Source: Nemertoderma westbladi
Lineage: Eukaryota > Animalia > Xenacoelomorpha
Direction of reading: 5' to 3'
DNA: 64,000 nt
Assembly: GCA_032718475.1 (NCBI GenBank)
Contig: JAUCBJ010001802.1
Span: 67,433-131,432, forward strand
In this document: piece after piece, positions 50,646 to 63,900 of the stretch
Layout of the letters: the number at the start of each line of letters is the position of its first letter
How positions within the stretch are numbered: the stretch's first letter is position 1
The notes under the pieces: generated by a model
Databases searched by the model: none
What the model saw: the letters and a program-made list of their open reading frames with translations, nothing else
What the model was told of the DNA's origin: nothing
Translations under genes and position numbers: made by a program

Positions 50646-53418
50646 GGGGGGGGTATAATAATAGACCATAAATTTTGGACGCTCTATAGATGCATCTAAA
50701 ATTATTTTTTTGCTAGGAGTCATATTTTGAGTTTTGTGACTAAGGAATTAAAATTTTGGAAAAATTCAAAATTTTTCAAAAATTTTATTTTTTCGCCAAA
50801 ATTTTGCCAAAAAGGCAAAAAATGAAAAAAATGCTAAGGCTTCTAGCCAAATTATCCAAATACTTCAAAACTCATGTGAGAAAGTCAGTAGGACGTCCCA
50901 AACGATTTGCATTGACAAAATTTTGATATCTTGTCGAGAAGAGCAAAAAGCACCAAAAGGGACATTTTTGGTCCAAAAAATGACCAAAATTTCAAAAATT
51001 TGGCCCAATTTTTCGAAAAAATTGAGTTTTTAAAAAAATATCAAAATTTTGTCAATGCATTTTGTAAAGGACCCCACAATCATCGATCATGCAAAAAATC
51101 AGCACATTTGGGCCATTTTTGACAGAGCCTTAGCATTTTTCGTTTGAAAAATGCTAATTGGAGAAAAACAGGTCTAAAGTTAAAGTTTGTTTATTTTATT
51201 ATGAAGTTAAATTTTTGAAATTTCAATTAAATGAGATAAACTCAGAGAATTCTAATAAAATTTTTTTCATCTAGTTCCAAATTTTATGTAGATTCCAAAA
51301 ATTGTATTATTATCGCATGTTAATCTTAAGGTCATATTATTTCATATAAAAGACATGTTAAAGGGTGTGAATTTTTTGACAAAATTTGAACAAAAAACTG
51401 AAATCAATAAAAAATAATAATTCAAATTAGGCACTATATTAATATTCATTAATTAAAATTAAATTTAAAAATTTAAAATGAAATTTAAAAAGTTAATTAA
51501 AAGGCCCCAGATTTATATGACTTATGATCGGGTGCTTGCCATTTCTTTGATGGTTTGTGTTCAGTACTTTTCTGTTTACGTTTTAGGTTGACCTTCTTTG
51601 CTCGTTCTGCAAGGTCACCATCATCTTCCTCAAGGCCAAGCTTCTTCAAAATTATCTGTTCTGCTGAACACCCCCGATTGTGAACTAAAACAGTATACGA
51701 AACATGAAACATGAGTGTACTTAGACCCACAAACGTTTCTTTAGATAGACGAGTCCATAGCCGTGAATGCAGAGATTCGTTCGGATTTTGTGTGAGGCCA
51801 GGGATACAGCGTTCCAGAATTTCGCTCGTTGTTAGGCGTTCATAAACAGGTAAAATAAACTTCATGTTTGCCTCTTTTATAAATGTTACATTTTTGTAAC
51901 TTATAGCATTGTTTTTGAATTTACACCACTTATTTTCAGGGCATAACTCATGTTGTTTCTCAACATTATCTCCATAATCACAATAGTGATGTGTTGCAGC
52001 CACGATTTCACTTCGAATCGTGCTTATGAGCACTGATTTTTCAGTCTCTTAGAGTTTATCTATATCAACATCTCCTATATTCTTCACGATCGTATTTCGG
52101 TAATATGACTGCAATTGGTGACATCGACTATCAGTCAACCCTCCCTTGCCTCCAAGTTTATGAGTTTTGCGAGCATTGGAAAGACCTGTATATAGACGCT
52201 TCTAATAATTTATATTACACTCATGATCAGCATTGCCATCTTCTTCTTTGTTGCGGCTACAAATATTACAGTATTTTGAACAAACATCGAAATCAATGAC
52301 ATGTCCTGTATTTTCGGATATGATAAACGCGGCACCATAAAGTGATTGATGGCCTCTTTTCATCCATGTACCGTCAAAAGATATACATATTTCCCTGTCA
52401 ATCTCTTTCATTGCACAATTTTTTGCATTTCCTCGTGCAAGTGATTCCGTGACCTTCGAGATTTCGTTGACATGAAATTGCCAGGCCTCTCTTCGCAACA
52501 GGAGATGGTAGTGACATTATTCTAGAAAACGTCTCTGCATCACCATGGGTCCCACCAACACAAAGCCAAGCCAGTACTGCACGAAGATTCACATCCGCTG
52601 TTTTTCTTCCAGGACGAGGTTCAGTTCGAGAGCTCGTGAAAGTAGAATATTGCCAATCACAACGTGAACATTTCCCCTCAAAATTGGTACTATAACCACG
52701 ATGTGACTCATTTATCACTACTGTACCGTCACATTGCTTATCATCATGTTTCTCCATTATCAGTTTCTTTATTATTTGCGTTGCTACAACGTTATATCCC
52801 TCCAACTTTCCATCTGAGGGTAGGACATTCAGATTCGATGCTATTAGCGACGGTTCTCGATCTTTTGGCACTACCGGTACCGGTACTGAAATCGATTTCA
52901 TATGCGCGAGGTTCAATGTACCGGTATCTTGTTTCTTGGTTCCTCGAAATCCTGCTTTCCGTTGTTGAGTTATTCGTGGCATACTGTATTATAAAAATTA
53001 TATCGTCAACGATGTATGTACAATTTTCGATTCGAAGATGGAGGACGCTCTATAGTCTGTGTCCGTCAAAACTGCTGATTGCATTGATTGAAACACCAAT
53101 ACAGCATACAGTTAGTAACTAAAACATAACAATGTGCGAATTCTCGTTTTAAACTTCCCGCTAAAATACATTCCAACCTGTAATAACTTATTAGCCAATA
53201 CAATGATTTCAGTGCAACAAGCCGGAAATTTTGTTAATTTTTGTCATTTTTTTCAAATAATTTTCAGGATGCGTGTCTATATAATGAGCCATAACTCGAA
53301 AACTAGACAAGCTAGAAATAAACTGTTTACAGATTTGAAATCTCCATAAAATTTGCTACAAGAAACGGGTATAAAATTTTTTTTATATTTTTTGACCCCA
53401 ATTATTATACCCCCCCCC
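50646..53418 (-). mobile_element. Kolobok-type DNA transposon with defective transposase
   Basis: TTAA TSD; TIR (G)nTATAATAAT; transposase 52982-51497. Confidence 0.88.
51497..52982 (-). pseudogene. Kolobok (Mutator-like family) transposase, frameshifted and internally deleted
   Basis: ISFDGTWMKRGHQSLYG, SKYCNIC..HECNINY, HELCP..WC, TQNPNESLHS motifs in three frames. Confidence 0.85.
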
Positions 53419-54767
53419 TTAAGCTTCTATTAAAAATAGTTGGGTATTTTTTAAACATCGTGACAGTTTTCTGAATCAAAGTGTCCCTGAATGCGATCCA
53501 GCTACAGTAACATCCTACGATAATAATTAGGCCCACTAATACATAGGCAACATATTTAAAAAAATCTGTTTTAAACATTTTTAATACGTCATACTATTAC
53601 TGTACTACTGTAGCTAGTAAATAATTGGCTCTCTTACAGTTTGCCATGCCACCTACTGCTATAATGGCACGGTAAAGTGTAATAGGACTGAGGAGCTCTC
53701 TTACAGTTTGCCGAGCCACCTATATATTCAATATAATTAAAAAATATAATTGTTATAATTATATAATATATATTTACGCAAGTGATACCGTAATTTACTC
53801 TAGGTACAATTACATTTTGTTACGTCTTGTGTAGCTAATGTTTTTATTGTTTGTTACTAAACCGGGTTCCTTTACTTCCTTCTAGTTTCCCTAATTATGA
53901 TATGATAGATTAAAAACTATCATTTTATTATATCACAAAATTGCAAAATGGCAAGCTAGCTAGTTTTGGTTTCTTGTTTTCTAAATGTTCTAGAACATTA
54001 TCAATCCATTTCATATAAAAATGTTGTTCTAGAACAAATATTTTTTGTTCTAGAACAAAAAATACAAAGCACTAGCTAATTTGTTAATTTTTTATTGTAT
54101 GTTATCTATGTACAGTATAAATTTTTTATACTAGCTAGTTTTTGTTTCTTTTTTTAATGTTCTAGAACATATTATCTATACATTTAATATAACAATTTTG
54201 TTCTAGAACAAATATTTTAAGATCATTTTAATATATCAAAATATGGCTATATGGCACGGTAAAGTGTAAGAGTCCCAAATAATTCACTAGCTCCATAAAA
54301 ACACTAGCTACCATAACTAATAATGTTAACAAAAAAAGTAAAATTTTTTATTTTCAAAAAATATTAGCAAGTAAAAAAAACATTAGCTGCCATTAAAAAA
54401 TACCTACTGGGTCCTAGAACATTCACCATTATCAAAGGAACACTCAAAAGTCAAAACCACAAAAAATTAATGGTTAAAAAATGACAGGGGGGGGGGGGGG
54501 GGTGTCGACATGACGAAGTACTGTAGTACCTAAACGAGGTTGTTAACACTCTTTTTGAGCGCGAAGATTGCTCCGGGCGAAGCTTTCTAGCGGGCAAAGT
54601 TTGCTGCGTCCCAAACTACCCGAAGTTGCCGAGTTGGAAATGTTATCAGAAATTAATGACAGGGGGTGGTTTGGGGGGGGGGGGGGGGGGTGGGGCTTCG
54701 CAGAGTGCGTTTAATCATTATAGTACTGTATAGGCCTACTGTATAGTAAGATAGTAAATTCACTTAC

Positions 54768-54947
54768 CAACCACAACGCCAATGTACACAATTAAACCAT
54801 CAACTGATTTAGCGTTACTAGCAAAAATCATCCCAAGCATTGCGATTATAGATCCAAATATGGTTGTCAATTTATATCCAATCCGAAACTTTAGGCCTAC
54901 ACAACTACAATGCCATTTATAGTTCTCAAACCAAGCGACCACCGGGC
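54768..54947 (-). CDS. SLC16/MCT-like transporter, exon 2
   Basis: CATTTTAG|GC acceptor, G|GTAAGT donor, 180 bp, phase 1-1; GPVVAWF..IGYKLTTIFGSIIAMLG..YIGVVVG. Confidence 0.9.
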
Positions 54948-55012
54948 CTAAAATGAGAAAATAATACAGTTATTCCTTCCATACATTATTGTTGTACTGT
55001 ATGTAGGCCAGT

Positions 55013-55380
55013 AGGCCTACAACAACTTCACATATGGTCTATTAACCAACCTAAAGTCAAATAGACGGCCATCACTACTGATCTCCAGGCCTACAACAAC
55101 TTCACATATGGTCTATTAACCAACCTAAAGTCAAATAGACGGCCATCACTACTGATCTCCAGGCCTACAACAACTTCACATATGGTCTATTAACCAACCT
55201 AAAGTCAAATAGACGGCCATCACTACTGATCTCCAGGCCTACAACAACTTCACATATGGTCTATTAACCAACCTAAAGTCAAATAGACGGCCATCACTAC
55301 TGATCTCCAGGCCTACAACAACTTCACATATGGTCTATTAACCAACCTAAAGTCAAATAGACGGCCATCACTAGTGATCC
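55013..55380. repeat. 74-bp tandem repeat x5 spanning the exon 1/intron 1 junction
   Basis: Units start at 55013, 55087, 55161, 55235, 55309. Confidence 0.97.
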
Positions 55381-55545
55381 CACGAGAGATGTCTTCATTC
55401 TACTCTCACCGAATTCGTCGAGTAAAATGGAGAGGAAGAGACCAAAGGAATAGCAGAAACCGTCTACCAATATACATGAAAAAAACGATGCGATCACTGA
55501 CCCCCACGCTTGGCATCCTCTGTCGGGGGGTTTTTGAATCTTCAT
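55347..55545 (-). CDS. SLC16/MCT-like transporter, first coding exon
   Basis: MKIQKPPDRGCQAW..ASFFSCILVDGFCYSFG resembles the PPDGGWGW motif; TTAG|GTTGGT donor; the 7 exons sum to 1977 bp in frame. An upstream exon cannot be excluded. Confidence 0.88.
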
Positions 55546-58500
55546 TTTGCTATTCTCATAAATTAGAAAACAGGAATATAATGTAGATTAATTTATTGTA
55601 TTTCTTATTAAAGTTTAATTGTGGTATTGCATTGTCCATTTATTCGTAACACATACAATAAGTATTAATCAACAAAGGCTTGGCTACACATTGTATATGT
55701 ATGGCACAACCGCCGTATCTACAGTATGATTTTCTTTTAGATTATATAACTAAATAAAATAAAATTATAAAATAAGTTTCGACAAAACAAATATGTTTCG
55801 CTATGGTTTATTTATCATGAGCTCTTTTTCTTAATTTCAAAATCAATAATTTATTTATTAAAGTAACAATTTACGTTCTGGAACAAATATAGATCTGAGT
55901 TCCCCAGATAAAGGACGAAATATTTGAAAAAGAAATCTTCCTCCGTTTCCTTGATTTTAATCCGATTAAGCTGAAATTTGGCATATAATCTATGTAGGCC
56001 TTACTAGAACTACTGTAGCTACTGTAGTGTTTTTTAACAAGCTAGTATTTTTGGCATTTAGTGTGGCTTGGGGCCCCATTTTTGGAAAATTTATGGCATC
56101 ATATTTTGTTGTTAATTTGAATGTACAGGTATAATATCAAGAAGACTTATTCTAGACCATTGTAAATACAAAAAAATACAAAAACATATATGTATATATA
56201 TGTTAAATATGTATGAAATAAATAAATATATAATGTATATACAATAATATATATATTAATATTTAATTATTATTATTATTATTTTTCATTATTTATATTT
56301 TTTCATTATTTATATTTTTTTATTATTTCTATGATATAATACTAAAAAACATATATGTAAATATATGTTAAATATGTATGAAATAAATAAATATATATTG
56401 TATATACAATAATATATATATTTATATTTAATTATTATTATTATTTTTATTTATTATTTATATTTTTTTATTATTTATATAATACAGTATAATACAAAAA
56501 CATATATCTATACACCATGTCCCGTAATATATTGTCATTTTCTGATGAAACGGACCCCCCCTAAGATTTTTCTACAAATCTTTATCATATTGCTTGAAAT
56601 TTGAAATACAACTAGTTCGACTCACCGTCGATGACCCCATGAAGCCGGAATGAATTTTCGATTTTGAAATTTCGTTTTAAAAAAGTGTCTTTTGCGAAAT
56701 CGCACCCTCTGTATCGTAACCATTCTCCACATTAGTCGTATTTTTGTCATATCATTAGAAAGCTTGCGTTGCAAGGATTCCAAATATGTAACAATATCTG
56801 AATTTCGTTGAGAAACAGCTGAGATATAAGCGTTCAAAGATCGCAAGAATTATTGTTCGCTGAAGGTCATTTATTCTATTAAATAAATACACGATGTTCT
56901 GGAACATTTTGTTTAAGTATGAATAGCTACGCAATAGAGATATTGGATAGAAATACCGCTGTTGCCAACCATCTTATAAAATAAACAACACATTCTAGAA
57001 TTTTGTGTATTTATTTAATATAATAATGGGGTAGACGACTCGGAAAATTTTTTTCGAGTTTTCGTTGGTTTCATGTGAAAGAGCATGTGAAAAAACCCCA
57101 GAGAGCAATTTTACTTCAAAAGAATTAATATTGGCTGAGTTATAGTGATTTTAAAACGCAAAATTAGCAACATCGAAAAATCAGGCCGTTTCAGAAAACT
57201 GCACTAGTGACGTCACTAGTGCAGCAGTAAATGTTCATTGGTTACTATACAATATAAATCTCTTAGTAACTAAAATAAATTGTGTAGCTAATATTTATTT
57301 AGTGTGTTTTTGTGTTGTGTTAAGAATACATTATTTGATATCTTAATGTGGAAATTGATTCATGACAAGTTAATTATTCCAGAATAATAATTATTTTTCC
57401 CAAACTATACAGTTGTTAGCTATAAAAATAAAACATATTTTGTAGCTAAAACTGCCAGGTGGTAGGAACCCAGTAGCTTATTGATGTTTTATTCAGCTTC
57501 AAAGCTTAGATTATGTAAAAGCTTTTGCGTAATTAGCCGGTTATTTTCCCTTAAAGTACTCTGTAGTTGGTTTGCCAGGCATAAAAAGGCCGTGTCCTTG
57601 CTGTACTGGTGTTTTAGAGGACATAAAAGTCATTTCTTATGTATTTGTACTGTATTTGTACTTTAGAGGACATAATCCACAATCTCGTGACGCAATAGCT
57701 GGATACTTTGAAACAGTGTCGCTACCATGACGACGGCTAGCAGCTGATATTGCCACGTCGACGTTTCTTTGTTTCTTTGTTCTCTCGTTGTTCAGGTTGA
57801 CCAATCAGAGCGTTTGTTGTCTCTGTGTTGGAGGTATATACAGAAACTCAGTAGTTCAGTGTTATGTTTTTGCCCAGAGCCTAAGAACCGGCTTTTGGCA
57901 CCTCCGTGTTTTCAGTTTTTAGTTTTACACTAGTAGGTTTAATTATAAGGACATATATCCTTTAACGCACCTGACTTTTAATCGCTGCTAACTGATCATA
58001 CATCCTGACTGCTGAAACATTGCAAACTCATAACAATCAGTGTTCAGTTGTTGTTTTATACTGCTATTTACTGTCAGTTCTTCATAATATGGTTGATGAA
58101 TTATTATATTGGAATAACGAGAAATAACCCCGAAAACCCAATATTCTTGATATACCGAAGGTAAGAGAGAAAGGTTACCAATAACGATTGTGACTTATGT
58201 TAAAGTGGTTTGAAGTGAATCTAATGTTATTTGATAGACCCTACATGAGTCAGTCTGTGTTCCTTTTATATGTGACTAAAATCAGTGAAGATTGGCAGAT
58301 TAGTGTGCAGTATTGTGCAGCATTGTGTATGAGTGAGTCTGTTAAAGAAGCAATTCCTAAAGAATGCGCCATATATGTGAATTATAATTAAGCCATATCG
58401 TTGTGAGTAGTTTAAGTCATAACTCTGTTTATATAGATAAAGCGCCACGTCCTAAAGGAACTGTTAATATTCCCCGAAGGTGAATAATATTGTCAGAGAT

Positions 58501-58724
58501 TATATAATACTGTCAGTCGAATAATACATTAGGCTTACATAGCAATAAAATTAAACCGTCGAACCCAATCTCCCGGGAATATCCAGCGGGTGAATGATCG
58601 CGCACAGATTGGTTTCGACTAGTGTAGTGAATCAAATATTTGTCATAGGCTAAAAAGCGATTTAATATCTAGAAGACATCCTAATTTGGCGGGTTAAACT
58701 GCCAAAGGTCTGAAAGCGCGAACA

Positions 58725-58736
58725 TTAAAGGATATA
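58725..58736 (+). promoter_or_regulatory. Non-tRNA primer-binding site of element B, complementary to its own LTR
   Basis: TTAAAGGATATA is the exact reverse complement of TATATCCTTTAA at 57954-57965. Confidence 0.75.
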
Positions 58737-59009
58737 GCTTCTTTATTGCGGTAAGCAATAAAGTTGAAAGTACCGGTCAACCGGTAAACCTGAACGGTCC
58801 ATCTGTAGGTCCGTAGGCCTAACTGTCCTAACCGGTACTTCCGTATAAGTACAGCAGTATTATTCGATTTGATTATATATGCCGGTAGGTCTTAATAATT
58901 AATCGGGGACGCCTGGTTTTTATTGGGATTTTTACTTAGGCCTATTTCTGTCAGTTTTATTTGTTTGTAGGCCAGTATTGAACAGAAGGCGTGTAAACCT
59001 GATCAGATT

Positions 59010-59568
59010 GTACAGACGATTTGTAGGCTGAGCTGTTGTCTGATTGCTGTTAAGTCCGAACGAATTGCAGTGTGTGTAGATCACCTGTCCGATTAAGTAC
59101 GGTTAGGAAGTAGGGGCAGCGAACGCTGTAAGGTAAACCCCCAACTAAAGAATAAGTCGCACTACTGGGTTAGAGCGCATACTCCCTAATCATTTCGGAG
59201 TCTGCATGTCCTGTAGTTTATTTAGGCTTGAGAGTAGTCTGCCATCGTTTAGTCTGTACTTTGTTTGTGTAAGTCTGTACGGGTAGCGTATAATATTTAT
59301 TTAGATAATTTTGAGGCTGGATAGTTGTCTGGCTGTTATTAGGTCTGAACGGATTGCAGCGTGTGTAGATCACTTGTCTGATTAAGTACGGTTAGGAAGT
59401 AGGGGCAGCGAACGCTGTAAGGTAAACCCCCAACAAAAGAATAAGTCGCACTACTGGGTTAGAGCGCATACTCCCTAATCATTTCGGAGTCTGCATATAC
59501 CGTAGTTTGTTTAGGCTTGATAGTAGTCTGTCAGTGTTCGGTCTGTATTTTGTTTGAGTAGTTTGTAC
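59010..59568 (+). ncRNA. Two tandem rod-like structured RNA domains in the leader of element B
   Basis: Same fold as 14293-14866 with compensatory substitutions. Confidence 0.65.
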
Positions 59569-60900
59569 GCGTAGCGTAATATTTATTATTCAGAGTTTAT
59601 GCGATTATCCGCAACATTCATTCCCCAAGTTTGTTCCTACAGTAATTGTGTTTGTTATACATACCGCTATAGTTAAATTAACCCCGGTACTACACGGGCT
59701 GCTCGGCGTAGGTAAAGACTGGTGATTTTGTGCATCGGTCACTCCAGCAGATGCCGTGGTTCTTTTAGCTGTTCAAGTATATTTAACTACTGATTATCTG
59801 TTGTACAAGTACTCGTACCTAATTTAGGGTTTAGTGTACAGTACTTTCCGAAGTAATTAGTGTAGGCATTATATTGGTGTTGTAAAGTGGTTGATAGGCA
59901 CATTCGATTAGCTCTATTAACTTCTAGGTAGGAACACTCCGTGATACATAACGTAGAACCTATAGCGATACGGCTATAGGTCGTCAGGCGGTGGTATTTT
60001 CCTATCTGGACAACGCAGTGTATTTACTACTACTTATTATTTCAAATACCGTAGTACCCTGTCCGTTGTAATAACCAGAATTCTAACCCTTTGTTAGGCT
60101 GGTTTGTAGACTTCTTGTAAAAATACCCTAAAAATTTCGTATTTTGTGTTTTTGTAAATTTTTGTGTTTATTTAGAGATTGTAATCTCACCCGAATTGTA
60201 CGTAATTTGTAGTATTAAGTAACTTAGGTAAATTAGAATCATTTGTTTTAGTGTCCTGTACGTAACACTTCACTGAAAGCGTACCGCTTTGTGTAGTGAT
60301 TACCCCAGAAATAATAACATTTATTTCAAAAATTGACTAAACCCATTAAAACGGGTATATATATATTATAAATCAAATCTAACGATTTATAAATAGTAAG
60401 CCTACCATATAACAATTAGGTCTCAATATCAGTTGGACTACTGCTTAAATAACGGTAATAAAGTAAGTTAAAGTAACCAAGTAACCCTAAAGTTCAGAAA
60501 TTCAATTATTCTAAAATAATTGATATACCGGTATTTACGATAGGCCTATTATCTTTATTTCTGTAAATTTTAGGCTTCCATTATACCGGTACTTGTAATT
60601 AATTCTAGTTCAGAATTATATATCCTACAAACTGTAAGCTGTATACCGGTATTCCAGATAGGCCTATTATATATTTATATATATTTGTGCTAAAATTATA
60701 CCGGTATTCGGTGATAAAACTAGTCTGTAATAATAGTTATCTATACTATAAGTATACCGGTATTCTAATATATTATATATATATCACGCTACACTGAGTA
60801 GCAGTACCGGTAATTAATTACTAGGCTAGCAGTTAATACTGAGTTACTAGACTTACTCAGACTGTAATACAGCAGTAGACATTCAACGGTATACATAGTC

Positions 60901-63900
60901 ATGTCTGATACTAAGCAGAACCTGTCAGACAGTATATTAGATGTAACTATCTGCGACTCAGATAGAGACGTACAACCGTCTGGTCGTAAATCCAGTTCAC
61001 CTCCCACTGTGAGGAAGGTCATCCCTCCAGTAGTAATAACAGAACCTAGGCTAGTCCAACATCGTAGGTCTATCATAGGCACCCGAGCTCAAGTCAAGCG
61101 GGACCAACAAGCAGCGGAACAGCAACAACCCGCTAGTCAAGAATTTATTCCTCAGCGGCCCAGCAGCTCCAGTAGTGAGGATACTGTAGAGCTGACACCC
61201 GAGCGCGGAACAGAGATGACGGATGCGGTTTATACGGATCCCCTTCTCATCCTTCCTGCAGTCATGCTCGCTGGGTTATTGATCGCGGTGGAAGAACACC
61301 AGATCGATTGGGCGAGAAGTCAACGGTCAACTAGAGATAGTTACGCGGGATACACGAGTGAAGAACTGAAGTCTATTGTCGAGTCGCAATGGAACTTCCC
61401 CGGACCCGGACTCCCGTTTGATTTATCAGAAGCTGCCTGGGAAGACATACACCGGATGGGAGTAGCCAAGGAGACCATCGATCCAGCTGTATGGAAGAGG
61501 TCCGCAGCCGGATACGCCCAGGGATTCTTCAGCTCTATGGAGCGAGTAGAGAGACAACTGTTTCAACAACCTCAAGGACCTCAAGAGCAGGGATCGCTGC
61601 TTTATCAAGTTAGAGAAAGAGTTCTGCGAATTAGGCTAATCTTATCCGCCTTTGAAGAGGCTTCTAAAAGAAGACAAGACACATCGTTGCAAGTTGCCGT
61701 AAAAACTTGGTTTCAACGGGTGAGTCGCCAGGTTCAAGGAGCAGCTCGGTGGAAAGCTCAGTTGGAGGAGCGCTCAACCCATGGAGAATCGACGGACGCT
61801 ACTTTTTCCCAAGTGGAAAGTGAAGCGACGGCAGAGAAACCGCATAAGAAGGATGCCATTGATATCTATCTGTCAGACTATCAGCGTTTTTTGGGAGATG
61901 AAGAGTTGAGAAGAAGGCTAGAGGGACTTAGCCCTAATAGCGAAGGAGCCAAACTCGAGTTAGATGCGATTGATGTGGATAGGTTAGCGGCGAACCAAGC
62001 TAAATTCGATGAACAACTCCGCATCGCTAGAGAACAAGAAGAACAAGTAAAGAAAAAACGTATAGAAGATAGAAAGACAACGGCAGTGGCAGCAGCAGTG
62101 GCAGCGGCAGAAGCCGAAAGAAAAGCGGCACTGGCAATAGCAGAGGCAGCGGCAGAAACCGAAAGAAAAGCGGCACTGGCAATAGCAGAGGCAGTGGTAG
62201 AAGCAGAACGGAGGGCATCTGAAGAGACAACCCAACTAGAGCTGGAAAATCTTCAAGAGAGGCAAGACAACTTCAATAAACAGTTAACAGCGAGCAATAT
62301 GCAGATGATGAGTCGATCTACTCCCAAGAGACAGGGGTATACATCATCTGAGGAAGGCGATACCACCGTCGCTGAAGGCGGAGGAAATCGATCCCGCCTA
62401 AGCAGACGTAAAAGAACATTCCACCGTCAGAAATTGCCTGATTTGCCTCCAGCTGTTAGAAGGCAACTAAATAACACCAACTTAGAGAGTACAGAACCCA
62501 CAGACCAAATAATTACAATAGAAAGACTCCCTACTATAGTAGATGAGCCTGAAATAAGTAGGCCTGTTCTTGAAATCACCCCTTCGGTAATAGACACACC
62601 TGGGCTCCCTGAAACTACCTATAAATTCCCTCTGCATAGCACTAAGCTACCTGTGCCCCGTAAAACTGCCCAGGAGACAGTTCAGGTCCTGGACCCCGAG
62701 CGAAATATTCCAAATTTGTCGCCCGTTGTCCCTCGTCTGCCCGCTACGACGTTGGCGGATCCCGTTTTGGCGGTTGATTGGGTAGACGAGAGACGGCGGG
62801 GGATGGATATTCTCCTAGGAGAGATGAGGGAGAATCGGAAACGCTCTTCCCAACAGGTCCGAGAGTTGGAAGGGACTGTCCAACATTTAAAAGGAACGGT
62901 GAGCGAAAGTAGGTTAGAGTTGCAAGAAGTGCAGCAATGTATCGCGTTAGAACGCGATAGATTAGTAAATTTACAAAAGGGTATACCACCACCCCCTGTA
63001 ACAATGTGTCAACCCGTTAGGTCTGAAGTATCTCATGCGCAAGGTGTGGAGCCTACACGCATTTATACTGCTAGCGAAGTAGAAACTCCTATAGTGAACC
63101 CTATTAAGGGTAATCATAGACCTGTTGATAATGATATTCCCTATAGAACTGATCATAATCCGAGAAATTTATATACCGATAACTCGATATTAAATAGCAC
63201 GATGGCCCAAGAAAGTTTTACGCGTCAAATGGCTAGAACCGAAGCCCGGCAAGCGGTAAAGGTTGGAGAGATCGTCAAGTTCAATGGAGATGAGATGAAA
63301 TGGTTACCTTTTAATGAATATTACAAAGATAACATACAGAACTCTGTATGGGGCCGTCCAAGTATGACGTCAGCACTTTAGGGGGGGGAGGGGGGTTGGG
63401 AAAATCTGATGACGTGCTGATGAGGGGAGGGGAGGGGGTCAGCCAAAATCTGACGTCAGCATGGTAATTTATAGGTGCTAGAAGAGATATAGCAGAACAG
63501 TAAATAACTTGCCTATTTTAATTGTTCGAAGCCCCCGAAGACCCGAGGCACGACCTTCTGTTTCAGTTACCAGTCACCATCTTTCAGTGATTAGGACGAA
63601 AATTTTTTTTTAATCTGATTTAGGGGAGGGGGGTGGGTCAACGCCTATCTGATGACATCTGATTTAGGGGAGGGAGGGGGTCAACATTTTGGGGAAAAGT
63701 GCAGACGTCATACTTGGACGGCCCCTATTATCTAATGGAGAAAAACTTAGATACCTCATCGAGTGCTTGGAAGGATCTCCCAAGTTAATGGCGTTAAAGT
63801 TTAATGGACATCCAGACGGATTAAGACAAGTTTGGGATACACTAAACATCAGGTATGGTAATAGGAATAATATCGCTGGGTACTTGTATGCAAAGTTAGT

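Larger units (their letters stand above)
50388..54530. mobile_element. Merlin-like non-autonomous DNA transposon hosting a Kolobok element
   Basis: TIR GGTACTACTTCG(C/T)CATGTCGACACCCCC; 8-bp TSD TAAACGAG; GG termini. Confidence 0.75.

Noticed and set aside
56180-56510. ~167-bp AT-rich tandem duplication
   Set aside because: Low-complexity local duplication with no further signal
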